Positions 1 to 13,590 of a stretch of DNA of 64,000 bases are shown piece by piece. The stretch is from the NCBI RefSeq assembly GCF_009914755.1, contig NC_060935.1; one strand, given 5' to 3'. Origin of the DNA: the human T2T-CHM13v2.0 reference genome, Homo sapiens. A program made the position numbers and the translations under genes. Under the pieces are notes generated by a model that was not told the DNA's origin, did no database searches, and saw only the letters and a program-made list of their open reading frames with translations. Position 1 is the first letter of the stretch. Every line of letters begins with the position of its first letter.

Positions 1-318
<318 letters not shown>

Positions 319-645
319 GGGAATTATATGGCCCCAGATTCTCAGGATGAGGAGGACTCACTCTTCATCTGCCCTTTCCACCCTCCCAGACACACCCCCA
401 CACAGGCACAAGCCCTTCTGCAGCCTCTGCTAGAGAGCCACTTGCATACTCCCATAAACAGGGAGTTCACTACCACCCTCCTACAGCCACTTCCAGGGGC
501 TGGACCTGGACAGATATTGCAGCCCATCCCCAGTGGCATGACCTTGACCAAATAACTTACATGATCTGTATCTTAGCCTCTTGATTGGAGAACTGGGGAT
601 GGTGACTTGGCCCCCAGAACACATCATATGGATAAAGTGTAGTAA

Positions 646-937
646 CTTTTTTTTTTCTGAGACAGAGTCTTGCTGTGTCACCCAGGCTGGAGTACAGTGG
701 CATGATTTTAGCTCACTGCAACCTCCACCTCCTGGGCCCAGGTGATCCTCCCACCTCAGACTTCCGAGTAGCTGGGACTACCACCACACCAGGCTAATTT
801 TGTGTGTGTGTATTTTTAGTAGAGACAGGGTTTCTCCATGTTGGCCAGGTTGGTCTTGAACTCCTGGCCTCAAGTGATCCACCCGCCTCAGCCTCCCAAA
901 GTGGTGGGATTACAGGTGTGAGCCACCGCGCCCGGCC
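646..937 (-). mobile_element. Alu (J/S)
   Basis: Poly-T followed by antisense Alu. Confidence 0.93.
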
Positions 938-1829
938 TAAGTGAATAACTTTTAGAAAGCATGCTTAGTAGTAGGGTTTGAAAAATGTTAGCTCCTCCTG
1001 CCCCTTCACACTGCTAGAAAGTGCTTTTTTGTGTTTTTCTCAAACTTGCCCACCCAGGACTTCTGCTATGATTTCCAACCTGCCTCCTGGGACGTTAGGC
1101 ACGTCTTTGTCTTCCAGGCCGGGATGTCTGTCCTCTACCTCCCAGCTGCGAGAGAGCTCTTAATTGGTCACCTGGGTAGGGGTAAGGAGGAGAGGGAGGG
1201 GACAAGCTGCTCCCTGGGCACTCACTGTCTGTTGGATGGTCAGTCCCCATGGGTGTGTTATATGCTCAGTGGGGACAAGGTTGGGGGGGACACCATGATA
1301 CTGATGATATGCAGAGAGAAACTGGATAGGCATGGAAGAAGCTGCATTTACCACACAAAAGAAGATCCCTTGGCCCCCTATCCCTATCTCCAACCCAGAT
1401 TTCCCTGGACTCTTCACGGGGGTTACTTCAGGGGGATTCCCTGGTAGCCTCACAGGCTCAGGGGCAGGACTGCTGTTGATAGATATAGAAAGTGCCAGAA
1501 TAGAGGAAGATGTAAAAAGTGAAGGAATAACTGAAGAAGGAGACCCTTGGAAATACTTCCTCAAATACCAGAACACTAGGCATGGGCCCAGAGCCTCCCA
1601 GAGAGTGGGAAAATGAGCTGGAGAGAACTCTGTAATGCCTGCAGGGGGCTGTTGGATGCCCACTGGCCAGAAATGCCTCTGCAGGCAGTAGGCATTGGGT
1701 GTGAAGCAGGGCCAGCCAGCCTCAAAGGCCCCTTCCCATGAACTCAAAATTACCTGCTCTGGCACCCCCAGGTCCTCAGATTCTAGAGCTCAGAATCCTA
1801 GATCTAAAACTCTGATCCTGAGGTTCTAG

Positions 1830-2190
1830 AGAGGGGTAAGAAAACTTCAAGTAGCTGGGACTACGGGTGTGTGCCAGCATGCCTGGCTAATTTTTAAAAG
1901 AATTTTGTAGAGATGGGGTCTCACTTTGTTGCCTAGGCTGGGCTTAAACACCTGGTTTCTGCCTTGGCCTCCTGAGTGGCTAGGATTATAGGCATGAGCC
2001 ACCGTAGCCAGCTTGAGCTAACTTTTTTTAAAGGTCAGATAGTGAATATTTTAGACTTCACAGGCCATATGGTCTTTATCACAACTACTCAACTCTTTGT
2101 AAACAGATGGGCACCGTTGTGTTCCAACAAAGCTGAATTTACAAAAGCAGACTGGATCTGGCCTTTGGACTATAGTTTGTCTACCCCTGT
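1830..2190 (+). mobile_element. MER58A-like element interrupted by an Alu fragment (~1848-2012, minus strand)
   Basis: AAAGGTCAGATAGTGAATATTTTAG...ACAACTACTCAACTCT...TAGTTTGTCTACCCCTG. Confidence 0.65.
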
Positions 2191-2352
2191 TCTCAAGTTT
2201 GACAATTGTGTGATCCTGATATTTATTCATTGATCTCATGCATTCTCAAGGTTCCAGAGCTTGGAGGTTCCAGGTCCAGATCCAAGTCAGATGGCAATGA
2301 AAGCCCTGGTCAGGTGGCTGTGTCAGGTCCCCTAGGGGCGCTCCGGCCACAA

Positions 2353-2384
2353 CCCTGATGGCCCCACCCCTCCCTTCCCTGCAG
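2353..2384 (+). other. P2RY2: 3' splice site of the P2RY2 coding exon (exon starts at 2385, 4 nt before ATG)
   Basis: Branch-like CCCTGAT at 2353-2359, pyrimidine tract CCCCTCCCTTCCCTG, then CAG|GGCGATG. Confidence 0.9.
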
Positions 2385-2388
2385 GGCG

Positions 2389-3522
2389 ATGGCAGCAGAC
2401 CTGGGCCCCTGGAATGACACCATCAATGGCACCTGGGATGGGGATGAGCTGGGCTACAGGTGCCGCTTCAACGAGGACTTCAAGTACGTGCTGCTGCCTG
2501 TGTCCTACGGCGTGGTGTGCGTGCTTGGGCTGTGTCTGAACGCCGTGGCGCTCTACATCTTCTTGTGCCGCCTCAAGACCTGGAATGCGTCCACCACATA
2601 TATGTTCCACCTGGCTGTGTCTGATGCACTGTATGCGGCCTCCCTGCCGCTGCTGGTCTATTACTACGCCCGCGGCGACCACTGGCCCTTCAGCACGGTG
2701 CTCTGCAAGCTGGTGCGCTTCCTCTTCTACACCAACCTTTACTGCAGCATCCTCTTCCTCACCTGCATCAGCGTGCACCGGTGTCTGGGCGTCTTACGAC
2801 CTCTGCGCTCCCTGCGCTGGGGCCGGGCCCGCTACGCTCGCCGGGTGGCCGGGGCCGTGTGGGTGTTGGTGCTGGCCTGCCAGGCCCCCGTGCTCTACTT
2901 TGTCACCACCAGCGCGCGCGGGGGCCGCGTAACCTGCCACGACACCTCGGCACCCGAGCTCTTCAGCCGCTTCGTGGCCTACAGCTCAGTCATGCTGGGC
3001 CTGCTCTTCGCGGTGCCCTTTGCCGTCATCCTTGTCTGTTACGTGCTCATGGCTCGGCGACTGCTAAAGCCAGCCTACGGGACCTCGGGCGGCCTGCCTA
3101 GGGCCAAGCGCAAGTCCGTGCGCACCATCGCCGTGGTGCTGGCTGTCTTCGCCCTCTGCTTCCTGCCATTCCACGTCACCCGCACCCTCTACTACTCCTT
3201 CCGTTCGCTGGACCTCAGCTGCCACACCCTCAACGCCATCAACATGGCCTACAAGGTTACCCGGCCGCTGGCCAGTGCTAACAGTTGCCTTGACCCCGTG
3301 CTCTACTTCCTGGCTGGGCAGAGGCTCGTACGCTTTGCCCGAGATGCCAAGCCACCCACTGGCCCCAGCCCTGCCACCCCGGCTCGCTGCAGGCTGGGCC
3401 TGCGCAGATCCGACAGAACTGACATGCAGAGGATAGAAGATGTGTTGGGCAGCAGTGAGGACTCTAGGCGGACAGAGTCCACGCCGGCTGGTAGCGAGAA
3501 CACTAAGGACATTCGGCTGTAG
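2389..3522 (+). CDS. P2RY2: P2Y purinoceptor 2 (ATP/UTP-activated class A GPCR), single coding exon, 377 aa
   Basis: Intact [19 protein letters not shown]...ENTKDIRL with 7 hydrophobic segments. Shows N-terminal NDT/NGT sequons, RGD at aa 95-97 (nt 2671-2679), HRC in place of DRY, DPVLY in TM7 and a Pro-rich C-tail. Recognised as human P2Y2. Confidence 0.99.
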   Translation: MAADLGPWNDTINGTWDGDELGYRCRFNEDFKYVLLPVSYGVVCVLGLCLNAVALYIFLCRLKTWNASTTYMFHLAVSDALYAASLPLLVYYYARGDHWPFSTVLCKLVRFLFYTNLYCSILFLTCISVHRCLGVLRPLRSLRWGRARYARRVAGAVWVLVLACQAPVLYFVTTSARGGRVTCHDTSAPELFSRFVAYSSVMLGLLFAVPFAVILVCYVLMARRLLKPAYGTSGGLPRAKRKSVRTIAVVLAVFALCFLPFHVTRTLYYSFRSLDLSCHTLNAINMAYKVTRPLASANSCLDPVLYFLAGQRLVRFARDAKPPTGPSPATPARCRLGLRRSDRTDMQRIEDVLGSSEDSRRTESTPAGSENTKDIRL

Positions 3523-4433
3523 GAGCAGAACACTTCAGCCTGTGCAGGTTTATATTGGGAAGCTGTAGAGGACCAGGACTTGTGCAGACGCCACAGTCTC
3601 CCCAGATATGGACCATCAGTGACTCATGCTGGATGACCCCATGCTCCGTCATTTGACAGGGGCTCAGGATATTCACTCTGTGGTCCAGAGTCAACTGTTC
3701 CCATAACCCCTAGTCATCGTTTGTGTGTATAAGTTGGGGGAATTAAGTTTCAAGAAAGGCAAGAGCTCAAGGTCAATGACACCCCTGGCCTGACTCCCAT
3801 GCAAGTAGCTGGCTGTACTGCCAAGGTACCTAGGTTGGAGTCCAGCCTAATCAAGTCAAATGGAGAAACAGGCCCAGAGAGGAAGGTGGCTTACCAAGAT
3901 CACATACCAGAGTCTGGAGCTGAGCTACCTGGGGTGGGGGCCAAGTCACAGGTTGGCCAGAAAACCCTGGTAAGTAATGAGGGCTGAGTTTGCACAGTGG
4001 TCTGGAATGGACTGGGTGCCACGGTGGACTTAGCTCTGAGGAGTACCCCCAGCCCAAGAGATGAACATCTGGGGACTAATATCATAGACCCATCTGGAGG
4101 CTCCCATGGGCTAGGAGCCAGTGTGAGGCTGTAACTTATACTAAAGGTTGTGTTGCCTGCTGAGCTGTGCCCTATTGTGTGGTCGGGGGATGAGGATATG
4201 GCAGGGAAGCTTTCACCAGCCACACAAGGGTCCTTTCTCCAATCCGTTCCCTTCTGCCACCTGCCTTCTCACTAGCTGTCTCAGGAGTAGTCTCATATCA
4301 GGGATCCTCTCTCCAGGCCCCAGGTCATCCCCCACTGTAAAGCCAGTTGGCTTCTGTGCCTGACTCTGTGCTGAGCACAGAGAAAAGTCAGGTGCAGTCC
4401 CAGTCCTTGAGATTTCCCAGTTTAGGTGATGGC

Positions 4434-4642
4434 CAGTCATGTGCTGGTAAATGTTAAGCCATTTAACTGGAGCTCCGATTTAACTGGGAACCCCTTCTTT
4501 GTAGAACTGCCCATTTCCATGGTGCAAAAACTCTTATGGCCAAATTCAAACTATAAACATGATGTCAACTTCCTTGTAAAATTCCTGAAAATTTAACAAT
4601 TGGTTCTTGCAAGCAGGTACAAGTCACTCTAGCACACCACTG
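4434..4642 (-). mobile_element. MER63-like hAT element in the P2RY2 3' UTR
   Basis: TIRs CAGTCATGTGCTGG and CTAGCACACCACTG; internal AAAATTCCTGAAAATTTAACAAT. Confidence 0.65.
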
Positions 4643-5414
4643 GATAATGCCGAGTGGCTGGGGCTGTGAGCCAGGGGGTCAGGGAAGGGTTCCTGGAGTG
4701 GGAGACTCCTGAGCTGTAGCTTCTGAGAAAAGCAGCTCACCGGAAGAACATCCACACACAGGATGCATCCCAGGCAAAGACATGGGGCAAGAGGGCAGGG
4801 TGTGCATGAGCCATAAGCAGGCTGGACAGCTGACTCCAGGCTCAAGGCAGGGTTGGGGCTGGGTCACAAGGAGGCCAAGTTAGGGCTCCCTCCTTGCCCT
4901 GACCCTGAGGCTTCCTTTGCACTGGGGGTAAATATGAAAGAGATTCACTCCTCCTCCTGTCCATCGTCTGCCTTCTGGGAAAATCCCAGAATGGCAGGGT
5001 GGTGCTCAGGCTGGGTCAGGACTTAGTATGGGGGAGATGGGTCTCACCTATGATAGGTTCTGAGTCTAGCCAGGACCACTCTGGGCTGACGTGTGGCGCT
5101 CAGCTGGACAGGGCCCCGCCCTAGCCTTTGGAAAGGGACAGGGCAAAGCTGACAGGCCTCACTCTTGATCTCAAGGACAGGGACTCCCTCCTCTCCCTCT
5201 GGGAGAGCCCTCGCCCTGTGGCCCACTCTGCCTGCCCCCTCTGACCTCTCCACCCTTCCCACTCTGCCTTGTGAAAGGCAGGACATCCCCAAAGCTTGCT
5301 GTATTTGGAGCCTGACTCCACAGCGCCCTCATGTGACAGAGACCCATCACAGACCATGACCCAAATGATTACTCTGTACTGTGCCAGGTGGGTGACCTGC
5401 CCAGAATAGTGTGA

Positions 5415-5879
<465 letters not shown>

Positions 5880-6050
5880 TAATCCTGTGGCAGGCACAGG
5901 TGGGGGTGGATACTGGAGACCCTGGGTGAACCAGGGGCACCTCTGGAACCCAGTTGGACTGCCTGGCCCCTTGGTATGCACGTCCCACCTTGCTGCTCAG
6001 TGCCCAGGCCACTTGCCTTGTGGGTGAAGTTCCTGCCCTGATGCCTCATG

Positions 6051-6370
6051 CTATTTTCAGCCCAAGTAAGACCATAATTTTCCACTCCTGGCCCCAGACC
6101 ATTGTCCAGAAGTGACGTGAGGGGATCTGCCTGCCCTCAAAATATCTCCTATTACCCTCCAGTATTCCCTGCCCCCTTCACACCTCCCTAACCTGACATC
6201 ACTTCCTGGGCTGTTGACTCATGAAGGCCACTGTGAAAGGGCACGTGAGTTGCCCATCCACTGAGCAGACCCCAGGGATTATCCAGCCCAGCTGCAGACT
6301 CAAGGCCAGAGATGGGCAGGGCTGAGCCCAAGGTCATTCAGCAGGTCAGCGTGGCGCCTGGATGTAAGCA
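6051..6370 (+). repeat. Old local duplication, copy 1 (paralog at 8493-8882)
   Basis: Collinear shared blocks: CTATTTTCAGCCC, GACCATTGTCCAG.AGTGACG, CTGCCTGCCC..AAAATATCTCCT, TGAAGGCCA.TGTGAAA, CACGTGAG, GACCCCAGGGATT. Confidence 0.9.
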
Positions 6371-8492
6371 AGTGCCTTGGTGACGATCCTGCTGTCACTC
6401 ACACTGCCCAGCTCTTCCTGCCCAGGGTGACTGGGATGGAGCCATAGACCTGAGGCCAGGGACAGGACAGGGATGGGAGGAAAGGGAGGGTAGAGAGTTG
6501 AGTGTCAGGGAGTAAATGTCTGCTGATGTGCCTGCAGCAGCTGTTCTCAATGAACTGCATGACATCAGGGCAGGGTCCCTGGCACACAGGGGTCTCTGCC
6601 CTGGGTGGCAGGTGTCCCAGGGTCCAGGAGGGATGGAGGAACCCCAGGGTACATTCCCACTTTCACCCCCTGAGGTTAGAAGAGGCCCTAAGCAACATGT
6701 TATCCACACATGGTTGCTCCAGGTCAAGTCACCAAAGCTACCTCTCTGTCACCCTTGTCATGGCAGATTTGGGCTGCTCTGTTTAGAATCAGGCACATGA
6801 GGGAGGGAAGTCGTGTATTGACCCATGTCCCACGCACCCTCTCATCTATGTTATATGGTGGATGCTTCACAGAAGCCCTGGGAAGTAGATGCTATGATCC
6901 TATTTAGCAGATGAGGAAACAGGAGAAGGGCGTGAGAAGTGAGGACTTGTTCCAGGTTATCCAGGCTGTCAGGGTGAGTCAGAGTGAGTCCAGGTTCACC
7001 TGATGGCCAGAATCATGCCCTTTATAGTGCCCCACGACACTCACAGCCCTGCAGGGCAGAAGGGTCTATAAGTGGCCCCTCGCATGATTCAAGATGACAG
7101 AGGCAGTGTAGCAAGGATGTGAGAACACAGATGCTCCACCCAGACCACCTCAGTGTCAATATTGTCCCCACTTTCCTGGCTGGGGTCTCTTGGGCAAGTT
7201 ACCTAATCTTGCAGCACCTCAGTTTTCCCATTTCTAAAGTGTGCTGCTACCTTCCATGCAGGGCGTTGAGGGGCTTCCCTACGTTATTACGCACAAAGTC
7301 CTCCTCACAGTGCCTGGTGTGTGGTCAGCATTTATATGCCTGGCACCAGGCCGGGGGCTATGGAGGCAAATCAGCTGGGCCCTGCCCTCACAGAGTTGAC
7401 ATCACTTAGTACGTAACCACATTGGGATACATGTTTTGAAGGAGAGGACAGTGTGTCTGGCCAGTGAGCAACAGTGGGCCATACGTCTCCAGGGAACCCC
7501 CGTGGGGTGTGGGAGGAGGGAAGCAGGTCTGTCCTGGGGGAATGTGTGGGACCACCTCTGCCCTGCTTGGCAGTAGGTGGATTTCAGGACCATGGGCCTG
7601 TGCTGTTTACAGAACCTTGTCCAGGTGCCCAGCTGTGGGAGGGCAGCATGGAGAGGAGGAAGAGGGGGCCCCTAGTAGCAAGCTTCAGAAACTTGCCACT
7701 TCAGGCTAGAGAGCTCGCACCCTCCCACGGCAGCAGGGTAGCGATTTCTCCCTGACTGGGGTGTCCACCATGGTGCTCTGCAGCCACCTCTCACTTCATT
7801 AAGAGTCCACAGATCTAGGAGCAGAGGACTGGTCTGGAGCTGGGCAAGGGCAGGCAGCAAATGGGGAGTTTTTGCTGTGTGACCTGAGGTCACTTGCCTG
7901 CCTTCTCTGGACTGCACTGTAGGGCCTGGAGACCTGTTCCCCTGTTCCAATTTCCCCACCTCAGTGAAGGCACAACCAACAGCTGCTCCCCGGGCATTTC
8001 CAAGACCCTCCAGGCCCCCAGTTCTGAGGACTAGGGTGGAGGCAGTGTTTCTCCCCAGCATCAAGTGACCAGAGAAGTGAAGTGACCCCACTGCCGCCAC
8101 ACAGAGCCACACAGTGCGATGTCTGGAGCTCCTGCCTCCTGCAAGGTGGAGGGTGGGGCTTGGCCAGGAGTGACCAGACTACAGAGTGAGGGGTGTGCTT
8201 GTGGGGGTGAAGGGTTGGGGTGAGAACTGAGCCCGAGTCGAACTCATCCTCCTCTGCCCTGATGCACTGTGCAACTTGGGGGAGTCACTGTCCCTCTCTG
8301 GGCCTCGCTTTCCCCATCTTCGATAGGACTTGGCTCTGCCTGGCCACTCCTCCTCCAATGGGGGAATTCCTGGGCTTGCCTCTGTCTTGGCTCCAGCTCA
8401 GGTGTCAGTCTCAGCCCTGTCCCAGCCAGGAACAATGGGCCAGGCAGGGCCAGTCACCCCCTGTCCCTGGGGGCTCCACCCACGGCCCTGGA

Positions 8493-8882
8493 CTATTTTC
8501 AGCCCTTGCAGATGGAGTCAGAAGAGGATTTTCCACTCCCAGTACAATGACTGCCCTGGACCATTGTCCAGCAGTGACGCGGGGGACCTGCCTGCCCCAA
8601 AATATCTCCTGCCCCTAGTTTCCAAGCCTCTTTGCCCTGCTCCTCACCTCCTGGCCCTGCTCCTTACCTCCCCACCCTGATGTCATTTCCTGGGGCTCTT
8701 AACTCCTGAAGGCCATTGTGAAACATCACGTGAGACTCCTGGGAGACACAACCAGTTGGAATGAGTTTTCCCTCCTGGCAGGGACCCCAGGGATTGTTTG
8801 GCTGCTTAGTGGGACTGGTGGCCCAGAGAGGGCTGTGCCTTACCCAGTCACACAGCAGTCAGTGTGAAGCTTAGGTGTAAGC
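8493..8882 (+). repeat. Old local duplication, copy 2 (paralog at 6051-6370)
   Basis: Same collinear blocks as copy 1, ~2.44 kb downstream, with insertions between blocks. Confidence 0.9.
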
Positions 8883-9127
8883 CCAGGGCTCTTTGGCTGC
8901 TCCCACTGCCTCAGCCAACTTCATTAGCTCCAGTCTGTGGCTCCTGGACTGGAGCTACAGTGGTGAGAGCTCACCACTGAGCTTCCTGGGATGGGCACCT
9001 GGGATAGCAGCCCAAGTGGTGTGGGTGGAGAGGTGCAGCTCATGCTCTGACCTTGGAGTGAGCCCAGTGCAGGGGCCTGACCTTAAACCCTTTCTCCCCA
9101 CTGAGTCCCATTTTTACCAAATGTGGC

Positions 9128-9498
9128 TGTTAGGAACTGAATGTTTGTGTCCCCCGCCCCACAAATCCATATGTCAAAATCCCAACTGCCAAGGTGATGG
9201 TATTAGAAGGTGGGGCCTTTGGGAAGTAACCAGGTCCTAAGGGTGCAGCCCTCATGAATGGGTTTAGTGCCCTTACAGAATGGACCCCAGAGAGCTCCTC
9301 ACCCTCTTTCCACCATGTGAGGATATAATGAGAAGTTGGCAGTCTGCAACCTGGAAGAGGTCCCTCACCAGATCCCAACCATGCTGGCACCCCGATCTTA
9401 GACTTCCAGTCTTCAGAATGGTGAGAAATAAATGTCTCTTGTTTCTAATCCACCCAGTCGGTGGCATTTTGTTATAGCAGCCCACGCTGACTGTGACT
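9128..9498 (+). mobile_element. MLT1A-like MaLR solo LTR
   Basis: TGTTAGGAACTGAATGTTTGTGTCCCC start, GGTGGGGCCTTTGGGA, GAGAAATAAATG, and TTTGTTATAGCAGCCC end. Confidence 0.85.
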
Positions 9499-10539
9499 GA
9501 ACTCAGGGTGACAGAGCAGCAGCTCTGGGGCAAAGGGGAGGGTGGGGGCCACAGGGCAGCTGATGCAGGAGCAGGGCTCTGGCACAGTTCAGCCATCACC
9601 AATTCTGGGACTGCAAATTCAGTTTCTTCATCTGGAAAATTGAACTGGTAATACCAATACCTCTTTTCCCGGTTTACTAGACAGAGACAATGCAGTGAGG
9701 CACAAACATGCAACTGTTTGATTTTCCTCCCACCCATGCTCCCTGCTCAGTGACGTGTGATTTTCCTTTCCCATCCATAAACTGCGCATTTGGCAAACTC
9801 CAAACTTTTGAGTCACTTTTGGGTAACAAAGTCAGGTTTAAGATTTCCATCGCCTGCTTAATTGAATGCTCACCTGTCCTCTTCCCCCATGCTGTGAGGA
9901 CCTTCATCACTCCTCTTCTGGGTCCCTCTCTCCTCTAGGTGTTGGGGCAGGGTGGGGAGGAAAGGGACCAATGTGTCTTTCCTGGTGATGCTACAGCCCT
10001 CTCTTGCTGACCTTGCTTCCTGGGCCATCAGTGCCCCCTGCACAGAACTCTCCAAACATCAGTCCACACCTTTGTAAAAACAGTCTCTCCGCTAAGCTAT
10101 CCCAAAATGACCTGATTAGAGTGTGCAACGTCTTTCCTGCTGGGACTCTGACTGATACCCTGGTCTCCCTGAGTGATTTTCCTGCACACCCTGCTGGGGA
10201 TGTGGAAGCCTGTCCCCCTCCCACCCCACACCCCACACTTGGCTGAGATCTCACAGTGGCAAAGATGTCTTTGAATCCATGGTGCCCAGGGTTCAGCGTG
10301 TAGAGTGAGGTGGGGTGTGTAGAGAGCTGGGGCAAGGAACCCTGAGAAGATGTCTTACCCCAGTTGTTTCCAGGTTTCTTTAGAAAGCGGGCTATTTTAC
10401 CCCATGTGTCCTCAGATTTATGTCCTGGAACCAAATTCCAAATCAGCAGCCACATGAAAAGTCCCCTCCTCTCTGGCGTGGAATTAAACTGTTAGACCTG
10501 CCTTTGTGACCAAAGCAATTGTAAAACGTGGGGGAGGAA

Positions 10540-10615
10540 ATTAAAAGCCTGCCACCTTAGTCCACACAGTGTGTGCTGTCTCTGTGTGTGTGCACGTGTG
10601 TTTATGTGTGTGTTG
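10540..10615 (+). terminator. Candidate distal polyadenylation site of P2RY2
   Basis: ATTAAA at 10540-10545, CA dinucleotides ~20 nt downstream (10563-10566), then a GT-rich downstream element GTGTGTGCTGTCTCTGTGTGTG. Confidence 0.55.
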
Positions 10616-11013
10616 AATGATCACATGTTCCAGGGAGGATGGTGAGGGGCGAGGGGCAGTCCTGGCAGGTACCAAGTGGACACTCAGAGACAGAAGGGCT
10701 GCAGGTGGGCAGCCAGGCCAGAGGGGGGCAACAAGGGGCTGCCAGGAGTCAGACTAAACCCCGGAAGTGGAAGTGGAATGGCAGGAAGAGATGGGAATGG
10801 AGAGAGGGTCCAGCTGCCAGCTCTGTGGCACCCCCTCTCCTTCCCTCCCTCCCACTCTAACTCCCTTTCCCTCCCCACTCCCCATCACCCTCCCCTTTTG
10901 CTCCCTGTCCCCAGAATCCTTGGGAGCAAAGGGAGGCGGACAGGGACAGTCCACTCTGTGCTCTGCCCTGGCTGTTTAGTCTACGAAGGGCCCCAGGTTG
11001 GTTGGTGCTGCTC

Positions 11014-11032
11014 TGCTTCCCCCTGGTGGCCA
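11014..11032 (-). promoter_or_regulatory. Candidate CTCF site
   Basis: Minus strand reads TGGCCACCAGGGGGAAGCA, against consensus TGGCCACCAGGGGGCGCTA; the conserved C after the G run is mismatched. Confidence 0.45.
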
Positions 11033-11980
11033 AAGCTGGCAGCAGTGGCAGGAAACGGGGGCTGGGATCCAGACCTTCGCCTATGGGGTGATAAGAAAAT
11101 GATCCGGCTGCAGCCAGGCTGTTGAGTGTGAGGGTCCGGGGGGAGAGCTGACAATTGAAACAGAGAACACAATTTGCATACAGTGACTTGCCAACATGCC
11201 CTGACTTGCCAACAAGGTGACGGTGCCTGGCCCAAACCATGATGTCCGTCTCCTGCACCCCAGCCAGGGGTAGAGATCATTCCCTGCTGAGCAATCCCTT
11301 TTCCTGTGGAAGACCACTCTTCACAGGGTCCTGCGCCTCCCCAGCTCAGACTCAGGGACACAGCACATCTGCCTAGGGCAGCCGTGGAAGGACATGGAAG
11401 GGTGTAACCATGCTCTTTCCAAAGAATGGGCACCCCTAACTCTCTCTTCTACCCCACTCCGGTAACCCCATCCTCACCAGAGACCCCTGCCCTCCGCACG
11501 CCCCTAGAAGTCCTTGTCTTCTCACAGGACAGCCTTCAAAACTGCACTCCATGCCCCGGAGAAGTGTGACTAGCACAGCCGGTTCTCCCAGGAACTCCAT
11601 CTGGGAAGAAGTTGGGGTTCATCCACCACACCTGAGATGCCTGTAATTTGGATCCCACCAGCATGTCCGTAGGTAAGATGTGTCTGACTCCTGTGGAAGT
11701 CATGTGGAAAGGGAGGCCTGAGTTCGGGGTCCTTGTGTGGATCCAGAAGCAGAGGTAAGATGGGAAGCCTCAGCCAGCCTCCTAAGCCGTCCTCTCAGAT
11801 CTCTGCACACCTCTCACCCACAAGCTTTTACTCCACATAAACCCAGATGCCCTCATTCACAGCACAGAAAGCACACAAATCCTGGAGTCAGAGGGACTTG
11901 CGTTTGAATCCCAGCTCTGCCACTCATCAATCAGGCGACCTTGGGTACCTGTTTTCTCATCATAAACAAAGGGGGTAACT

Positions 11981-12285
11981 GGCCGGGCATGGCAGCTCAC
12001 ACCTGTAATCCCAGCACTTTGGGAGATCGAGGCGGGTGGATCACTTGAGCTCAGGAGTTTGAGACCAGCCTGGCCAACATGGTGAAACCCCATCTCTATT
12101 AAAATACAAAAATTAGCTGGGAATGGTGGCACGTGCCTGTAATCCCAGCTACCTGGGAGGCTGAGGCAGGAGAATTCCTTGAACCCGGGAGGCAGGAGGC
12201 GGAGGTTGCAGTGAGCCGAGATTGTGCCACTGTACTGCAGCCTGGGCAACAGAGCGAGACTCCATCTCAAATTAAAAAAAAAAAA
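11981..12285 (+). mobile_element. AluS inserted next to a MIR (~11870-11980)
   Basis: Full-length Alu; MIR core TTTGAATCCCAGCTCTGCCACT upstream. Confidence 0.93.
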
Positions 12286-12309
12286 GTGGGGGGGGATGGT
12301 AACCATACT

Positions 12310-13590
<1,281 letters not shown>

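Noticed and set aside
1160-1765. 201-aa minus ORF and the acidic plus-strand peptide DIESARIEEDVKSEG
   Set aside because: Intronic, with no recognisable family or convincing exon structure.
2332-3101. Antisense (2332-2778) and alternative-frame (2585-2932, 2781-3101) ORFs over P2RY2
   Set aside because: Expected by-product of GC3-rich codon usage; no recognisable protein.
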